Assembly (NCBI GenBank): GCA_023205875.1
Contig: CP060765.1
Span: forward strand, 558,001-622,000
Source: Chloropicon primus
Lineage: Eukaryota
Length of the DNA: 64,000 nucleotides
Direction of reading: 5' to 3'
Shown here: piece by piece, positions 8,494 to 17,288 of the stretch
How positions within the stretch are numbered: the stretch's first letter is position 1
How the letters are laid out: each line of letters begins with the position of its first letter
Made by a program: the position numbers and the translations under genes
Notes under the pieces: model-generated
Seen by the model: the letters and a program-made list of their open reading frames with translations, nothing else
What the model was told of the DNA's origin: nothing
Database searches by the model: none

Positions 8494-10803
8494 ATGGCGG
8501 AGGCGAAGCTGATTGACTTGGGTGGGGGCGAGGTGGTCGTGGTGGAGCTGGAGGAGGTGAGAGAGATGGTGCGGCGCCAGTGGGGGGCGGAGGGGGTGGA
8601 ATGCAGCCGCGTGCGATGGGTCGCGACGGGGGAGGGCTACGTGCTGTGGGGGGGACCGGGAAATGTGCACGGGGACGAGGAGTGGGAAGCCTTCGGTCTC
8701 ATCGCTGTGGGGGGGAGGACGCCTGCGGAGTCGGCTCGAGAGAAAGGGACTACCTGCGGTGCGGGCGTTCTGAAGTGGGTGTGTGCCACCCAGCTGCGGA
8801 AGGGCTGGCGAATCTGTGAGTGGGACGAAGGCGCTGCATATGTCGCAAGCGGTCCCACTGCGGTCGTAGGAGTGGTTCACGTCGGCACGGCGTCAGTGGC
8901 GGCCGCGGTGCTGCTGCGCGCTGGGGGAGAAGAGACTCCCGGGTGGGAGACCAAACTTTACTGCTTCGGCCCCCAAAAGCATTTCAGGGTGCTCGCTGTC
9001 GATGGTTTCGGGGCCAAAGGCCTCGGTCCAGGAGCAGAGCAGCGTCTCCAGTGCCTGGTTGCATTGGACGAGGACTTCGCGATGACCACCGTACGGACGC
9101 CCGAGGGCGGAGCACCTGGCAGCGAGCGAAGCGGGGCAAACGCACTGCTCCTACCTCCAGCGAAGTTGGCCCAACGCACGACTCAGGCTCTGGTTGTGGG
9201 CGCAGGAAACGGTGCATCAACGTCCACGCCAGACTTGATTTTGGCCACCCGGGAGGGGGAAGTCGCGTGCGTTAGAGGAGGGGTAATTCTGTGGAAGGCC
9301 TCGCTCGGGGTCGAAGGGAGCAAGTTCAGCAGAATCGTTCGGCTCGCCCCGGGCGGCCTCGTTATCTTTGCAGAGTTCTTGGAAAAGTCGCGAATGGGTT
9401 CGATACGGTCTTTCAAAGGATTTGGATTGGGTTCTCAATCCTGCTCCGTCGTTCCCTCTGCGTCAGAACGTGTGGAGATCATCCCCCAAAGCCCAAAGTC
9501 GTTGGGCAGTGGCGTTGTGGCATTGTGTCCGCGACGGGCTGCAGGGGGGCAGCCCGGTGTGACTCCATTGAGCTTCAAGGGAAAGGATGCTCTCGCTTCA
9601 ACGCTTTCTGTTATGCGCTGGGAGGCAGCAGAGGCGCCATCGCCACACCAAGATGAGAACGAGAGTGAGAGTGAGAATGGTAACGCCCAGGACCTGCTTT
9701 CAGAAACGATTCGCTCCAGACTCGTGGAGGAGTTGGACGGGCTCTTGGAGCAGGACAGACAGCGCCTTGACATGGGCGCGATGCTCATGGATTCCAAGGC
9801 GAGGCTGAACGATTGGGCTCACAAGGCCATGTGCGGGGCTTTCAAGCAGGAGGGCAGGCTGCCTAAAGCATTGAAGAGATTTGATCTGGGGACCAGCCTC
9901 AAGTCGAGCATCCTTGTCACGGCTCTTGAAGGAAAGTATGTGGCAGATTCCTTCGTGGTTTGTGGCCGGTTGCGCTTGAGTGACGATGCCTCGGGCAACC
10001 CCATGGACTTCCACATCGTCTCTGCCATTGCCCTGCTGAGCCCTGCACCTTCTTCGGAAACCACCGCGGTGGACTCGTTGTGCAAGAGGGCTCAGTGCAC
10101 GAAATTGAGCCAGGATGCGGCCTACGAGTTCGAGATCCGCATCGATGTCCAGGCTTTGGTCTCTTCGGGTGACCTGGCTCGGGACTCCGGGACCTCGTCC
10201 TCCCTTCGCGTCTTCGTCTGTGGATTCTGCTTGGCCTACGGGGAGGACGAGAGTTCCGAGGAGGGCGATCACTCGCCCTCCTTCACCCAGTCGTGCGGCT
10301 ATGCCACGGACCTCGCGGGCGGGGACACGGCATTCACCCACTACATTGGCAGAGTTGCCATCGATTTTGGGAAGATTATGACAAGAACAGACTTGGTTGA
10401 AGAGGGTCCTGCCATCCCGTACAGCATTCAGGACTTACCTTACAAGATGGAGATGACCTTGACGGACAAGGAGTCGGGGCATCCCGTGAGCTCCGCGTGG
10501 AATCGTTCGCTCCACTTGTCCGCTTGTCTCGAATCTTTTCTGGGGAGAACGGCAAAAAGTGAGGCAGGAAACCTTCTGGTTTGCGCTCGGTCCATCCATT
10601 ATCTGCCTCTCTTGGTGGAGTGCGTTCGCAAGAGCCTCGCGCGTGTCGACGTCGAAGCATGCCCATGCCTCTGCTCTTACGAGAACTTGGACTCCTTCCA
10701 CCACGCCAGCCTCTCCCTCGAACACGAAATCATTTCTTGGCTTGAAAACAAGCCGGTGAGCAGGAGGAGGACCGACGAGGCGTTCTCCTCCTGCGTGTGG
10801 TAA
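8494..10803 (+). CDS. Uncharacterised 769-aa protein (beta-rich N-half, coiled coil, beta-sandwich); possibly FANCB-like
   Basis: Long ORF with TGTAA at 10823-10827. The architecture is only suggestive of FANCB. Confidence 0.55.
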   Translation: MAEAKLIDLGGGEVVVVELEEVREMVRRQWGAEGVECSRVRWVATGEGYVLWGGPGNVHGDEEWEAFGLIAVGGRTPAESAREKGTTCGAGVLKWVCATQLRKGWRICEWDEGAAYVASGPTAVVGVVHVGTASVAAAVLLRAGGEETPGWETKLYCFGPQKHFRVLAVDGFGAKGLGPGAEQRLQCLVALDEDFAMTTVRTPEGGAPGSERSGANALLLPPAKLAQRTTQALVVGAGNGASTSTPDLILATREGEVACVRGGVILWKASLGVEGSKFSRIVRLAPGGLVIFAEFLEKSRMGSIRSFKGFGLGSQSCSVVPSASERVEIIPQSPKSLGSGVVALCPRRAAGGQPGVTPLSFKGKDALASTLSVMRWEAAEAPSPHQDENESESENGNAQDLLSETIRSRLVEELDGLLEQDRQRLDMGAMLMDSKARLNDWAHKAMCGAFKQEGRLPKALKRFDLGTSLKSSILVTALEGKYVADSFVVCGRLRLSDDASGNPMDFHIVSAIALLSPAPSSETTAVDSLCKRAQCTKLSQDAAYEFEIRIDVQALVSSGDLARDSGTSSSLRVFVCGFCLAYGEDESSEEGDHSPSFTQSCGYATDLAGGDTAFTHYIGRVAIDFGKIMTRTDLVEEGPAIPYSIQDLPYKMEMTLTDKESGHPVSSAWNRSLHLSACLESFLGRTAKSEAGNLLVCARSIHYLPLLVECVRKSLARVDVEACPCLCSYENLDSFHHASLSLEHEIISWLENKPVSRRRTDEAFSSCVW

Positions 10804-10843
10804 AGGATGGGGAGAGCAAACGTGTAATAAAATCATAATTCCT

Positions 10844-11758
10844 TTACTTTTCGTCCCTGGTGCTCATGACTCGCGCTGCACTGTCAACGGAGACTACTCG
10901 TCCAATCATCGACGGGTCCACTACCCCGTTCCAACCGAAGAAGGGGACGCGATCCCACTCCTTCCTCCCGTACTCTGCCTTCTTCCCCGAGTGAATCGTA
11001 GTCAGAGCCTGGAGTGGCTGCCTCCCCGTGCCTTGGCCAGCCTCCTGATCGACTGTGGTGACGGTGCAGCGGGAGCAAGGCTTCACCAGGTCAAAAATCG
11101 TTGGCTCCGCGGATTCTATTTGTATCTGCTTGATCCTATCCTCCACGAAGGGCTCTCCTAGCCCCTGCAGAACCACGTTGGCCCGAAACCTGTCCATGGG
11201 CACCTTCTCGTCCCCCTGCAGCTCGAGTTGATCGTTCACCGCATCCAGGGACTCCCTCGTGGCCACCAGGAACGGAAACCCGTCACTGAAAGCCGTCTGG
11301 CCTCGGGGAGCAAAGCCTTCCTCGGTTCTCCTGGTGCAGTCCTCGTTGAACCGCACGAGTCTGCAAGGAAACTTGACGAGTTTTGTGAAGAAATCCGCTG
11401 CCTCGTCGCCCTCATCCAGGCACCCCTCCGCCGTGAAGGACCACACCGTGGCCTTCCGCCTCGCCAAGCCCCCAACTCTTTCTTCCAGTGGCACCTCGAG
11501 CGTCCTGTCGTCCACGGAGACCGTCAAGGCCCCCCTCACCGCCGTCGGGTCGGAGATCGTCAAGGCCTCCACCGGAAGCGCCGTCCTCACCCTCGCCAGC
11601 TCTGGACACTTCCTCTGCGTCACCATCCTATTCTTCTCCTCGTCCACAACCATCCACTTCCTGTCGAACCGGAACCCATTCCTCTCCACCAAAGCTTGCC
11701 GGGCGCTGATACCGCCGCAGCTCTTGATGGGATAGATGTGCACCGAGTGAACCGACAT
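10844..11758 (-). CDS. MOSC-domain protein (mARC-like)
   Basis: HIYPIKSCGG, DRKWMVVD, FSDGFPFLV, MDRFRANVV, KPCSRCTVTTVDQ. Confidence 0.9.
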   Translation of the reverse strand: MSVHSVHIYPIKSCGGISARQALVERNGFRFDRKWMVVDEEKNRMVTQRKCPELARVRTALPVEALTISDPTAVRGALTVSVDDRTLEVPLEERVGGLARRKATVWSFTAEGCLDEGDEAADFFTKLVKFPCRLVRFNEDCTRRTEEGFAPRGQTAFSDGFPFLVATRESLDAVNDQLELQGDEKVPMDRFRANVVLQGLGEPFVEDRIKQIQIESAEPTIFDLVKPCSRCTVTTVDQEAGQGTGRQPLQALTTIHSGKKAEYGRKEWDRVPFFGWNGVVDPSMIGRVVSVDSAARVMSTRDEK

Positions 11759-12070
11759 CCTCCTCCTCTTCCAAACAAACAAACAAACAAACAAACAAAC
11801 AAACAATCAACAATAGAACGAATGCCAGACCAGAGTCCCGTCCTTTGTTGCTGTCGTCGCACGCCCGAGAAGCAGGAGCAATCCCGTGCACCAAGGTATG
11901 AATCGAAAGCCCGTGAGACGCCCTTCCGTCCCGTGCCCCTTTCCCCTCGCCCCACGCACAAGCTCCTCCCTCCACAATCGTTCAAGAGACCCACAGACCT
12001 CGCTCTCTCTGTTTCCCGCTAAAAAAAAGAACAGAAACTTTGGCGGGAACGAAGGAGAGAGGAGCAGAGG

Positions 12071-12919
12071 ATGGAGGTAGGAGTGACGAGGAGGGCGGCG
12101 AGTGGATTGCGAGGGAGGAGGAAGCTTGCGCGGTGGAGGGGATCCCGTCGCGATGGTAGAGTGAGACTGTCGTGCACGGCGTCGTCGTTGGATGAGTGGA
12201 ATGGGGTCTGCTTAAGTCAGGCTTGCCAAGCTGCGAAGAATCAGGCGACCCTGCTCGCGACGACTGGCCCCGTTGGGATGCTGGCAGCGTTTGGATTGCT
12301 GAAGTGGAACCAGGCGGGGGAGGAGGGGAGCGCTTCCAGCAGCGGGGCTTCGGTGGAGGGGTCTCCAGGGGAAGAGGAGGAGGAGGGGAGGGTGGTTGAG
12401 ATGGAGACCGATGTCTATGGCTTGGATGGCTATCGGCTGACTCGAGTGCCCAGAGGCTCCCCCGGCGCCAGGCTAAAGATTCTTTTGCCGGATATGGAGC
12501 GGCCGAGAACTTTCTACTTTGCTGAAACCGCAAAGAGGAAGAGCGTCGTGTTCGCCACGACGGTGGAACGGCCGGTGGGCATCGTCTTCGGGGAGTCTTC
12601 TGAGGGCAGGGTGGTCATCACCCAGGTCGACAAAGGCACGGATGCTTACAGGAAGTCCCAAGTCGCCAAGCTGGGGGAGGGTGATCGATTCTCTGCGCCG
12701 GAGGTGGGCGACCGCGTCCGCGCCTGCTCCTCCATCAATTTCTTCTACTCGCAGGCTTCCCTCTTTGGCGTCAAGCCTCCCGCGAGAACTGTAGTGCTCT
12801 TCGGAACGGAGGGGAAGTCCTTCGACGAGTTCTGCTCCGCTCTCTCCAAGTCCCAAGTGAGCGACGGGGACCTGACCCTCGTCCTGGAGAGAGACAAGGA
12901 GGAGGAGTCATCGCGATGA
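12071..12919 (+). CDS. Probable plastid protein with C-terminal PDZ-like domain
   Basis: Arg/Ser-rich transit-like N-terminus; VERPVGIVFGE..VVITQV..VGDRVRA..LTLVLER PDZ-like pattern. TGTAA at 12955-12959. Confidence 0.6.
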   Translation: MEVGVTRRAASGLRGRRKLARWRGSRRDGRVRLSCTASSLDEWNGVCLSQACQAAKNQATLLATTGPVGMLAAFGLLKWNQAGEEGSASSSGASVEGSPGEEEEEGRVVEMETDVYGLDGYRLTRVPRGSPGARLKILLPDMERPRTFYFAETAKRKSVVFATTVERPVGIVFGESSEGRVVITQVDKGTDAYRKSQVAKLGEGDRFSAPEVGDRVRACSSINFFYSQASLFGVKPPARTVVLFGTEGKSFDEFCSALSKSQVSDGDLTLVLERDKEEESSR

Positions 12920-13335
12920 ACCACGCCCACGCACTTCTGTTTTGTATGTATACATGTAACGTAGGTCTGTCCAGGCATCCCCCTCCCCTCAGCCCAGTAC
13001 TATCGATGCTGGCAGAAGACGGGCGACGCTGGTGCGGGCAATGCCCATCCAAGAGACCTCCCTCTCCCCTCCTCTCCCCTGTCTGCTTCCCCCTTGGATG
13101 ATGATGATAGGCTGGGTGCTGTCCCTCAGTCCAGTCCAGTGGTGTGAGACTCAGCTGGCAGAAGACCAGAGTTGTTGGAGGTTTTCCCCTGTTGGTGGGA
13201 TTCCAGTGTATACCAGTTTGGTCACACCCAAAGGACAACCCACTAAGCGTTTTCTCGTGTTCTCACTTGCTGGACAAGGCCAATCTATAGTTACGAGGAG
13301 TTACGAGGAGGGCAGCGAGTGAAACCCTAACAGTC

Positions 13336-15507
13336 ATGGCGCGATCAGGGAAGCGCCGTAAGAAAAAGGAGAAGCAGGGGAGTGGCTCGACGAGTTCCAC
13401 AAGGAGGTCGCACTCTGGCGAGAGTCATGCTCAGGGCGCTTCGAAGTCGGGGCAGGAGTCTCCGACGACGGAGCGGCCGTTACTTCCGTTCTGGAATCAG
13501 GGCTTGCAGTTGCTCTACGCGTTGTGCCTGCTTCCTACCGCGGACGACCCCGCCTCTGCGGGTGAGGGTTCGAGCACGCCTCGCAAGAAGCGGGGGGGGA
13601 AGCGGAAGGAGAAGCCGCTGGACGACCCCGCCTCTGCTTTCGAGGAGGGTTCGAGCACGCCTCGCAAGAAGCGGGGGGGGAAGCGGAAGGGGAAGCCGCC
13701 GGAGGCGGACGCCTCTGCGGGTGAGAGTTCGAGCTCGTCAGGCAAGCCTCGCAAGAAGCCTCGCAAGAAGGGCAAGAAGAAGAACAAGAAGAAGGGCAAG
13801 AAGAAGAAGAACAAGAGGGGGAAGAAAGCAGGGAAGCAGCCGGGTGGCTTGGCGGACGACAGCGTGAAGAAGACCTGGTTCTCATCGATCAAGAGAGAAC
13901 TTGAAGAGGTAAAGTGTCCGAAGACGGGATGGAGGTCGTGCTTGAACCTTCCAGAAGATTCTGTGGTATCCGTCGAGACATTGCAGTCGCCCGCCAAAAG
14001 GAAGAGGGAGCAGAAACTGAAGACCTCCAAGCTATTGTCGGAGCGAACGGTGATACGGACGAGGAAGCTTAGGATGCGCTTGAACCCTGAGCAGGCGAAG
14101 TGCCTTTGCAACTGGATGGGAGCTGCGCGTTTCACATACAACAAGTGTTTGGAGGCGGTCAAGAAGGAGGGTTTTCCGCTGGTTTGGACCGTCCTGCTGG
14201 ACAGATTTGTGACGGCCAAACCGCGACGCCCTGAGGTCTTTGAGGGGCTGGAGAAAGAGCTGAAAGAAATCCAATGCTCTCCACGGCCATGGACAAAACA
14301 GGAGGCAGAGCTTTTCGCGGCCAGAGAGAAGAGACTCGAGAGCCAAATTGGAGGCAGACGATTTCGCGCCGAAGTGGCCAAGGGCCGGGACTACGTTAGC
14401 GGGGCCTTTGTGAATCAGGAGCATCCTTGGCTGAAGGAAACCCCCTGTGCCATCGGACAAGCTGCCGTGCGAAGTCTGATCAAGGCATGGGATTCGAACA
14501 TCGCGAAGCAGGAAGCGATGAAGGAGCGCGGCGAGGAGAAGGGGCACCGCTTCGTTCTCAAGTATCGTCAACGTCAGCAACCGAGTTCTTGGACTATTGA
14601 AATTGATGCAAGAGAGTTAAAGAACGTGGAGACGATCGAAAGACCGAGAACGAGGCACAAGGATGACACGAAGCACAAGAAACGACGCAAGTGGACCAAG
14701 CTGGAGGTGTTCAAGAAGAAGATGGCCGGCGGGCCCCTGTACTTGACGGAGGAGGTCCCCGGGGGCAAGATCGAGGGTGCCGTGAAGATCACAAGAAATC
14801 GCCTTGGGCAGTTCCACATGCACATTCCCATCGCGACGCCATGGGATCGCCTGCCACCCCTGAAGCCTGAGAACAAGCGGAAGGTTGTCGCCCTGGATCC
14901 GGGAGTCAGGACCTTTCAGACGTCGTACTCGCCGCAAGAAGGCGTCGGGGAGTATGCCAAGGGCGAGCGAGGCTTCGCGAGGCTGTTCAACCTCTGCTGG
15001 AGGATTGATGAGATCATTTCCGAGCGCAAAGACCCAAAGGTGAAGCTCCCTTACCTCGACCGCCGCGACTTGAAGAGACAGCAATACGCCTGCATGGAGA
15101 AAATTCGAGGTCTCACTAACGAGCTTCACAAAAAGGTAGCCAACGATCTATGCAGGAGGTTCGACACAATCCTCCTCCCGGAGTTCAAGTCCCAAGACAT
15201 GGTGAAGAAGAACAACAACGGGAGACGCCGAGTGATCAGGAAGAAGACGGCTCGCACGCTCTTGACGTTGAGGCACTATGCGTTCAGAACGTTCTTGGCT
15301 TCCAAGGTGCTCTTGCACGGCAGTGAGCTGGCGATCGTGACGGAGGAGTACACCTCCAAGACCTGTGGCAGGTGCGGACACATCAAGAAGAACCTGGGTG
15401 GAGCAGAGGTGTACAAGTGCCAGAAGTGTGGCTTCAAGTGCGGTCGGGATGTGAACGGGGCACGCAACGTCCTCCTGAAGCACTTGCGTCAACCAAAAAG
15501 TGTGTAA
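13336..15507 (+). CDS. Fanzor2 (eukaryotic TnpB-family) RNA-guided endonuclease, 723 aa, intronless
   Basis: N-terminal PFWN..LLPT..TWFS; RTRKLRMRLNPEQ..WMGAARFTYNKCL; HPWLKETP; RuvC-I VVALDPGVRTF (D521); RuvC-II ILLPEF (Pro615 at the canonical Glu) with downstream VTEEYTSKTC (E670); Zn finger CGRCG..CQKCG; RuvC-III GRDVNGARNV (D705). Confidence 0.93.
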   Translation: MARSGKRRKKKEKQGSGSTSSTRRSHSGESHAQGASKSGQESPTTERPLLPFWNQGLQLLYALCLLPTADDPASAGEGSSTPRKKRGGKRKEKPLDDPASAFEEGSSTPRKKRGGKRKGKPPEADASAGESSSSSGKPRKKPRKKGKKKNKKKGKKKKNKRGKKAGKQPGGLADDSVKKTWFSSIKRELEEVKCPKTGWRSCLNLPEDSVVSVETLQSPAKRKREQKLKTSKLLSERTVIRTRKLRMRLNPEQAKCLCNWMGAARFTYNKCLEAVKKEGFPLVWTVLLDRFVTAKPRRPEVFEGLEKELKEIQCSPRPWTKQEAELFAAREKRLESQIGGRRFRAEVAKGRDYVSGAFVNQEHPWLKETPCAIGQAAVRSLIKAWDSNIAKQEAMKERGEEKGHRFVLKYRQRQQPSSWTIEIDARELKNVETIERPRTRHKDDTKHKKRRKWTKLEVFKKKMAGGPLYLTEEVPGGKIEGAVKITRNRLGQFHMHIPIATPWDRLPPLKPENKRKVVALDPGVRTFQTSYSPQEGVGEYAKGERGFARLFNLCWRIDEIISERKDPKVKLPYLDRRDLKRQQYACMEKIRGLTNELHKKVANDLCRRFDTILLPEFKSQDMVKKNNNGRRRVIRKKTARTLLTLRHYAFRTFLASKVLLHGSELAIVTEEYTSKTCGRCGHIKKNLGGAEVYKCQKCGFKCGRDVNGARNVLLKHLRQPKSV
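13543..13780 (+). repeat. Tandem duplication (78 nt, 81 nt, plus a degenerate third copy) inside the Fanzor CDS
   Basis: DDPASAGEGSSTPRKKRGGKRKEKPL (13543-13620), DDPASAFEEGSSTPRKKRGGKRKGKPP (13621-13701), EADASAGESSSSSGKPRKKPRKK. Confidence 0.9.
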
Positions 15508-15681
15508 CTCCTCAGGGTTGCACATACGTTTGTTAGTACGGGCTGCCGTGCGTGGGCGGAAGTATTCGTTCATGTACGGTGGAATGGTCGTGGTAGGGCT
15601 GAATTACCCTGCCGAGAAACTTACAAACTCGGTGAAACGACCTTTGCAGAAAACTAACAGGTAAGTTGTGGCCGGTCTTCG
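15508..15681 (+). ncRNA. Candidate Fanzor omegaRNA (scaffold to about 15661, guide about 15662-15681)
   Basis: 18-bp hairpin 15543-15560/15565-15582 with 7 G-U pairs; multibranch domain 15586-15642; long-range stem 15529-15537/15653-15661; located directly 3' of the Fanzor CDS. Confidence 0.7.
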
Positions 15682-16021
15682 CTCTCCGTGTTTCTCTCTT
15701 TCAGTGGAAAGGAGAACTTGCCTTTGTGCTTCCAGTATTGACTGTGATTTTCTTACCGTCCTTTCGTGACTTTTCTGTGTGCTGTTTTTGATCTGATGTC
15801 TGAACACCATAACAAGAGTTGGTGAGGAGGAGGGCGGAGGGCAACGAAGGGGAGGGGAGCCATGAGGGAGGGGGCGAGAGGCGTTGCCCGGCAGGGAGGA
15901 GGATTCATTTTCATGCCCGTCGAGCCTTGGGTGGTGGCGTAGAACAAGACAGCGAGATCACAGGCAGAGAGAGAGACAGAGAGAGAGACAGAGAGAGACG
16001 AGAGACAGAGAGAGATTTTAG

Positions 16022-17222
16022 ATGTATGAATCGCCTTCGTTCGCGGTGCTTCCTCCGGTCGCTGCCGGGGGCGCGCCTCCTGCTGGTGCGGGACAGAGGG
16101 AGGGGAAGATGCAAGTGGCTCCCTTCGTCGCAGTAGCGTCCGCACTCCTCTACGGGGCCGTCGCCATCGCCATGAACTTCGTCAACAAGGCGACGCTCAT
16201 GTCTTTCCCTCTTTCCGGTACGATTCTTCTGCTGCAGATGTTCATGGGGATCGTCATCGTCAAGACTCTGGCGGCGTTGGGGCTCGTTCAGCTCAGTCGG
16301 AACAGCCTGAGGGTGAAGAAGGCGCTCGAGCTCCTCCCGCTTTGCTTGCTGTACAACGGAAACACGGCAGCGGCTCTCATGGGCTTGAACAGGGTGCAGG
16401 TTCCTGTCTACAGCACGGTCAAGAGGCTGACACCCATGCTGGTCCTTGGGGTGAAGGTGTGCGTGATGAGGAAGAGGCCGCACCCTCACGTTCTGACATC
16501 GGTAAGTGGATGCTCTCCCACCGCTTAGGCTCTGGACTAACAAACACACACACACACACACACGCCCGTTCTCACACGCCCGTTCTCTCTCTCTCCTTCT
16601 CCTGTATCAGGTGGTGTTGGTGGTTGCTGGCTGCGTCGTGGCGGGTGCCGGGGACCTCAGCTTTGATGCGGCAGGGTACACACTTTCGTTCATGAGCTCG
16701 TTCTTCCAGGCCGCGTACCTTCTCGTGGTGGAGCACACGGGGGCGGAGAAGGGGGTGGGGTCCGCGGAGCTCCTGCTGTACAACTCGGTGCTCTCCCTGC
16801 CGTTCTTGCTCTTGCTGGTGGTGCTGACGGGGGAGGTCTACCACATTGGGGAAGCTTACAGGGATGCGACCATCCAGGGATCACTTTTTCCACTGCTTCT
16901 GCTCTTGTGCTCGTGCATGGGCTGCCTGCTCAACTACTCCATATTTCTTTGCACGATAAACAACTCTGCTCTGACCACAACGATCGTCGGGGTGCTCAAA
17001 GGGGTCTTGTCGACGCTGCTGGGCTTCTTCCTCCTAGGGGGCGTGAGGTTCAGCTGGCTCAACGTTGTGGGAATATTCATGAACACGTTGGGAGGCTGCA
17101 TGTACACGGCGGTGAAGTACAGGCAAAAGCAGGCAGCCTTGAGAAAGAGGGCGACCGGGGAAGGAGAGGAGAGACTGCTTGGGGGCGCGAATGGGGAGCG
17201 CCAGCACGAGCATGCCGTCTGA
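16022..17222 (+). CDS. Nucleotide-sugar transporter (SLC35D/GONST-like); exons 16022-16501 and 16611-17222
   Basis: MNFVNKA, VPVYSTVKRLTP, LLLYNSVLSLP, LNYSIFLCTINNSALTTTIVGVLK. GTAAGT..GACTAAC..CAG intron restores the frame. Confidence 0.88.
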
Positions 17223-17288
17223 GGGGCAACTCTCCGAGAATTAATACAAAGGGGTTCGATTTCTGAAAACATTTTTTAATGATTTTTT

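Larger units (their letters stand above)
12980..15661 (+). mobile_element. Non-autonomous IS607-derived Fanzor2 element (left end uncertain, right end predicted about 15661)
   Basis: Fanzor CDS plus downstream structured RNA between two host genes; no TnpA ORF seen. Right end inferred from a terminal stem ending ...ACTAACAGG. Confidence 0.55.

Noticed and set aside
13032..13322. 96-aa ORF upstream of the Fanzor as a possible TnpA
   Set aside because: No serine-recombinase (YARVS) or HUH motifs.
15586..15642. Hammerhead-like three-way junction ending in GAAAC
   Set aside because: No CUGANGA core in the correct position, and the cleavage triplet would be GUG. Better explained as omegaRNA scaffold.
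12978..15860. CCCCTCCCCT / AGGGGAGGGG as terminal inverted repeats around the Fanzor
   Set aside because: Low-complexity purine/pyrimidine tracts are common throughout the window, and no target-site duplication was found.
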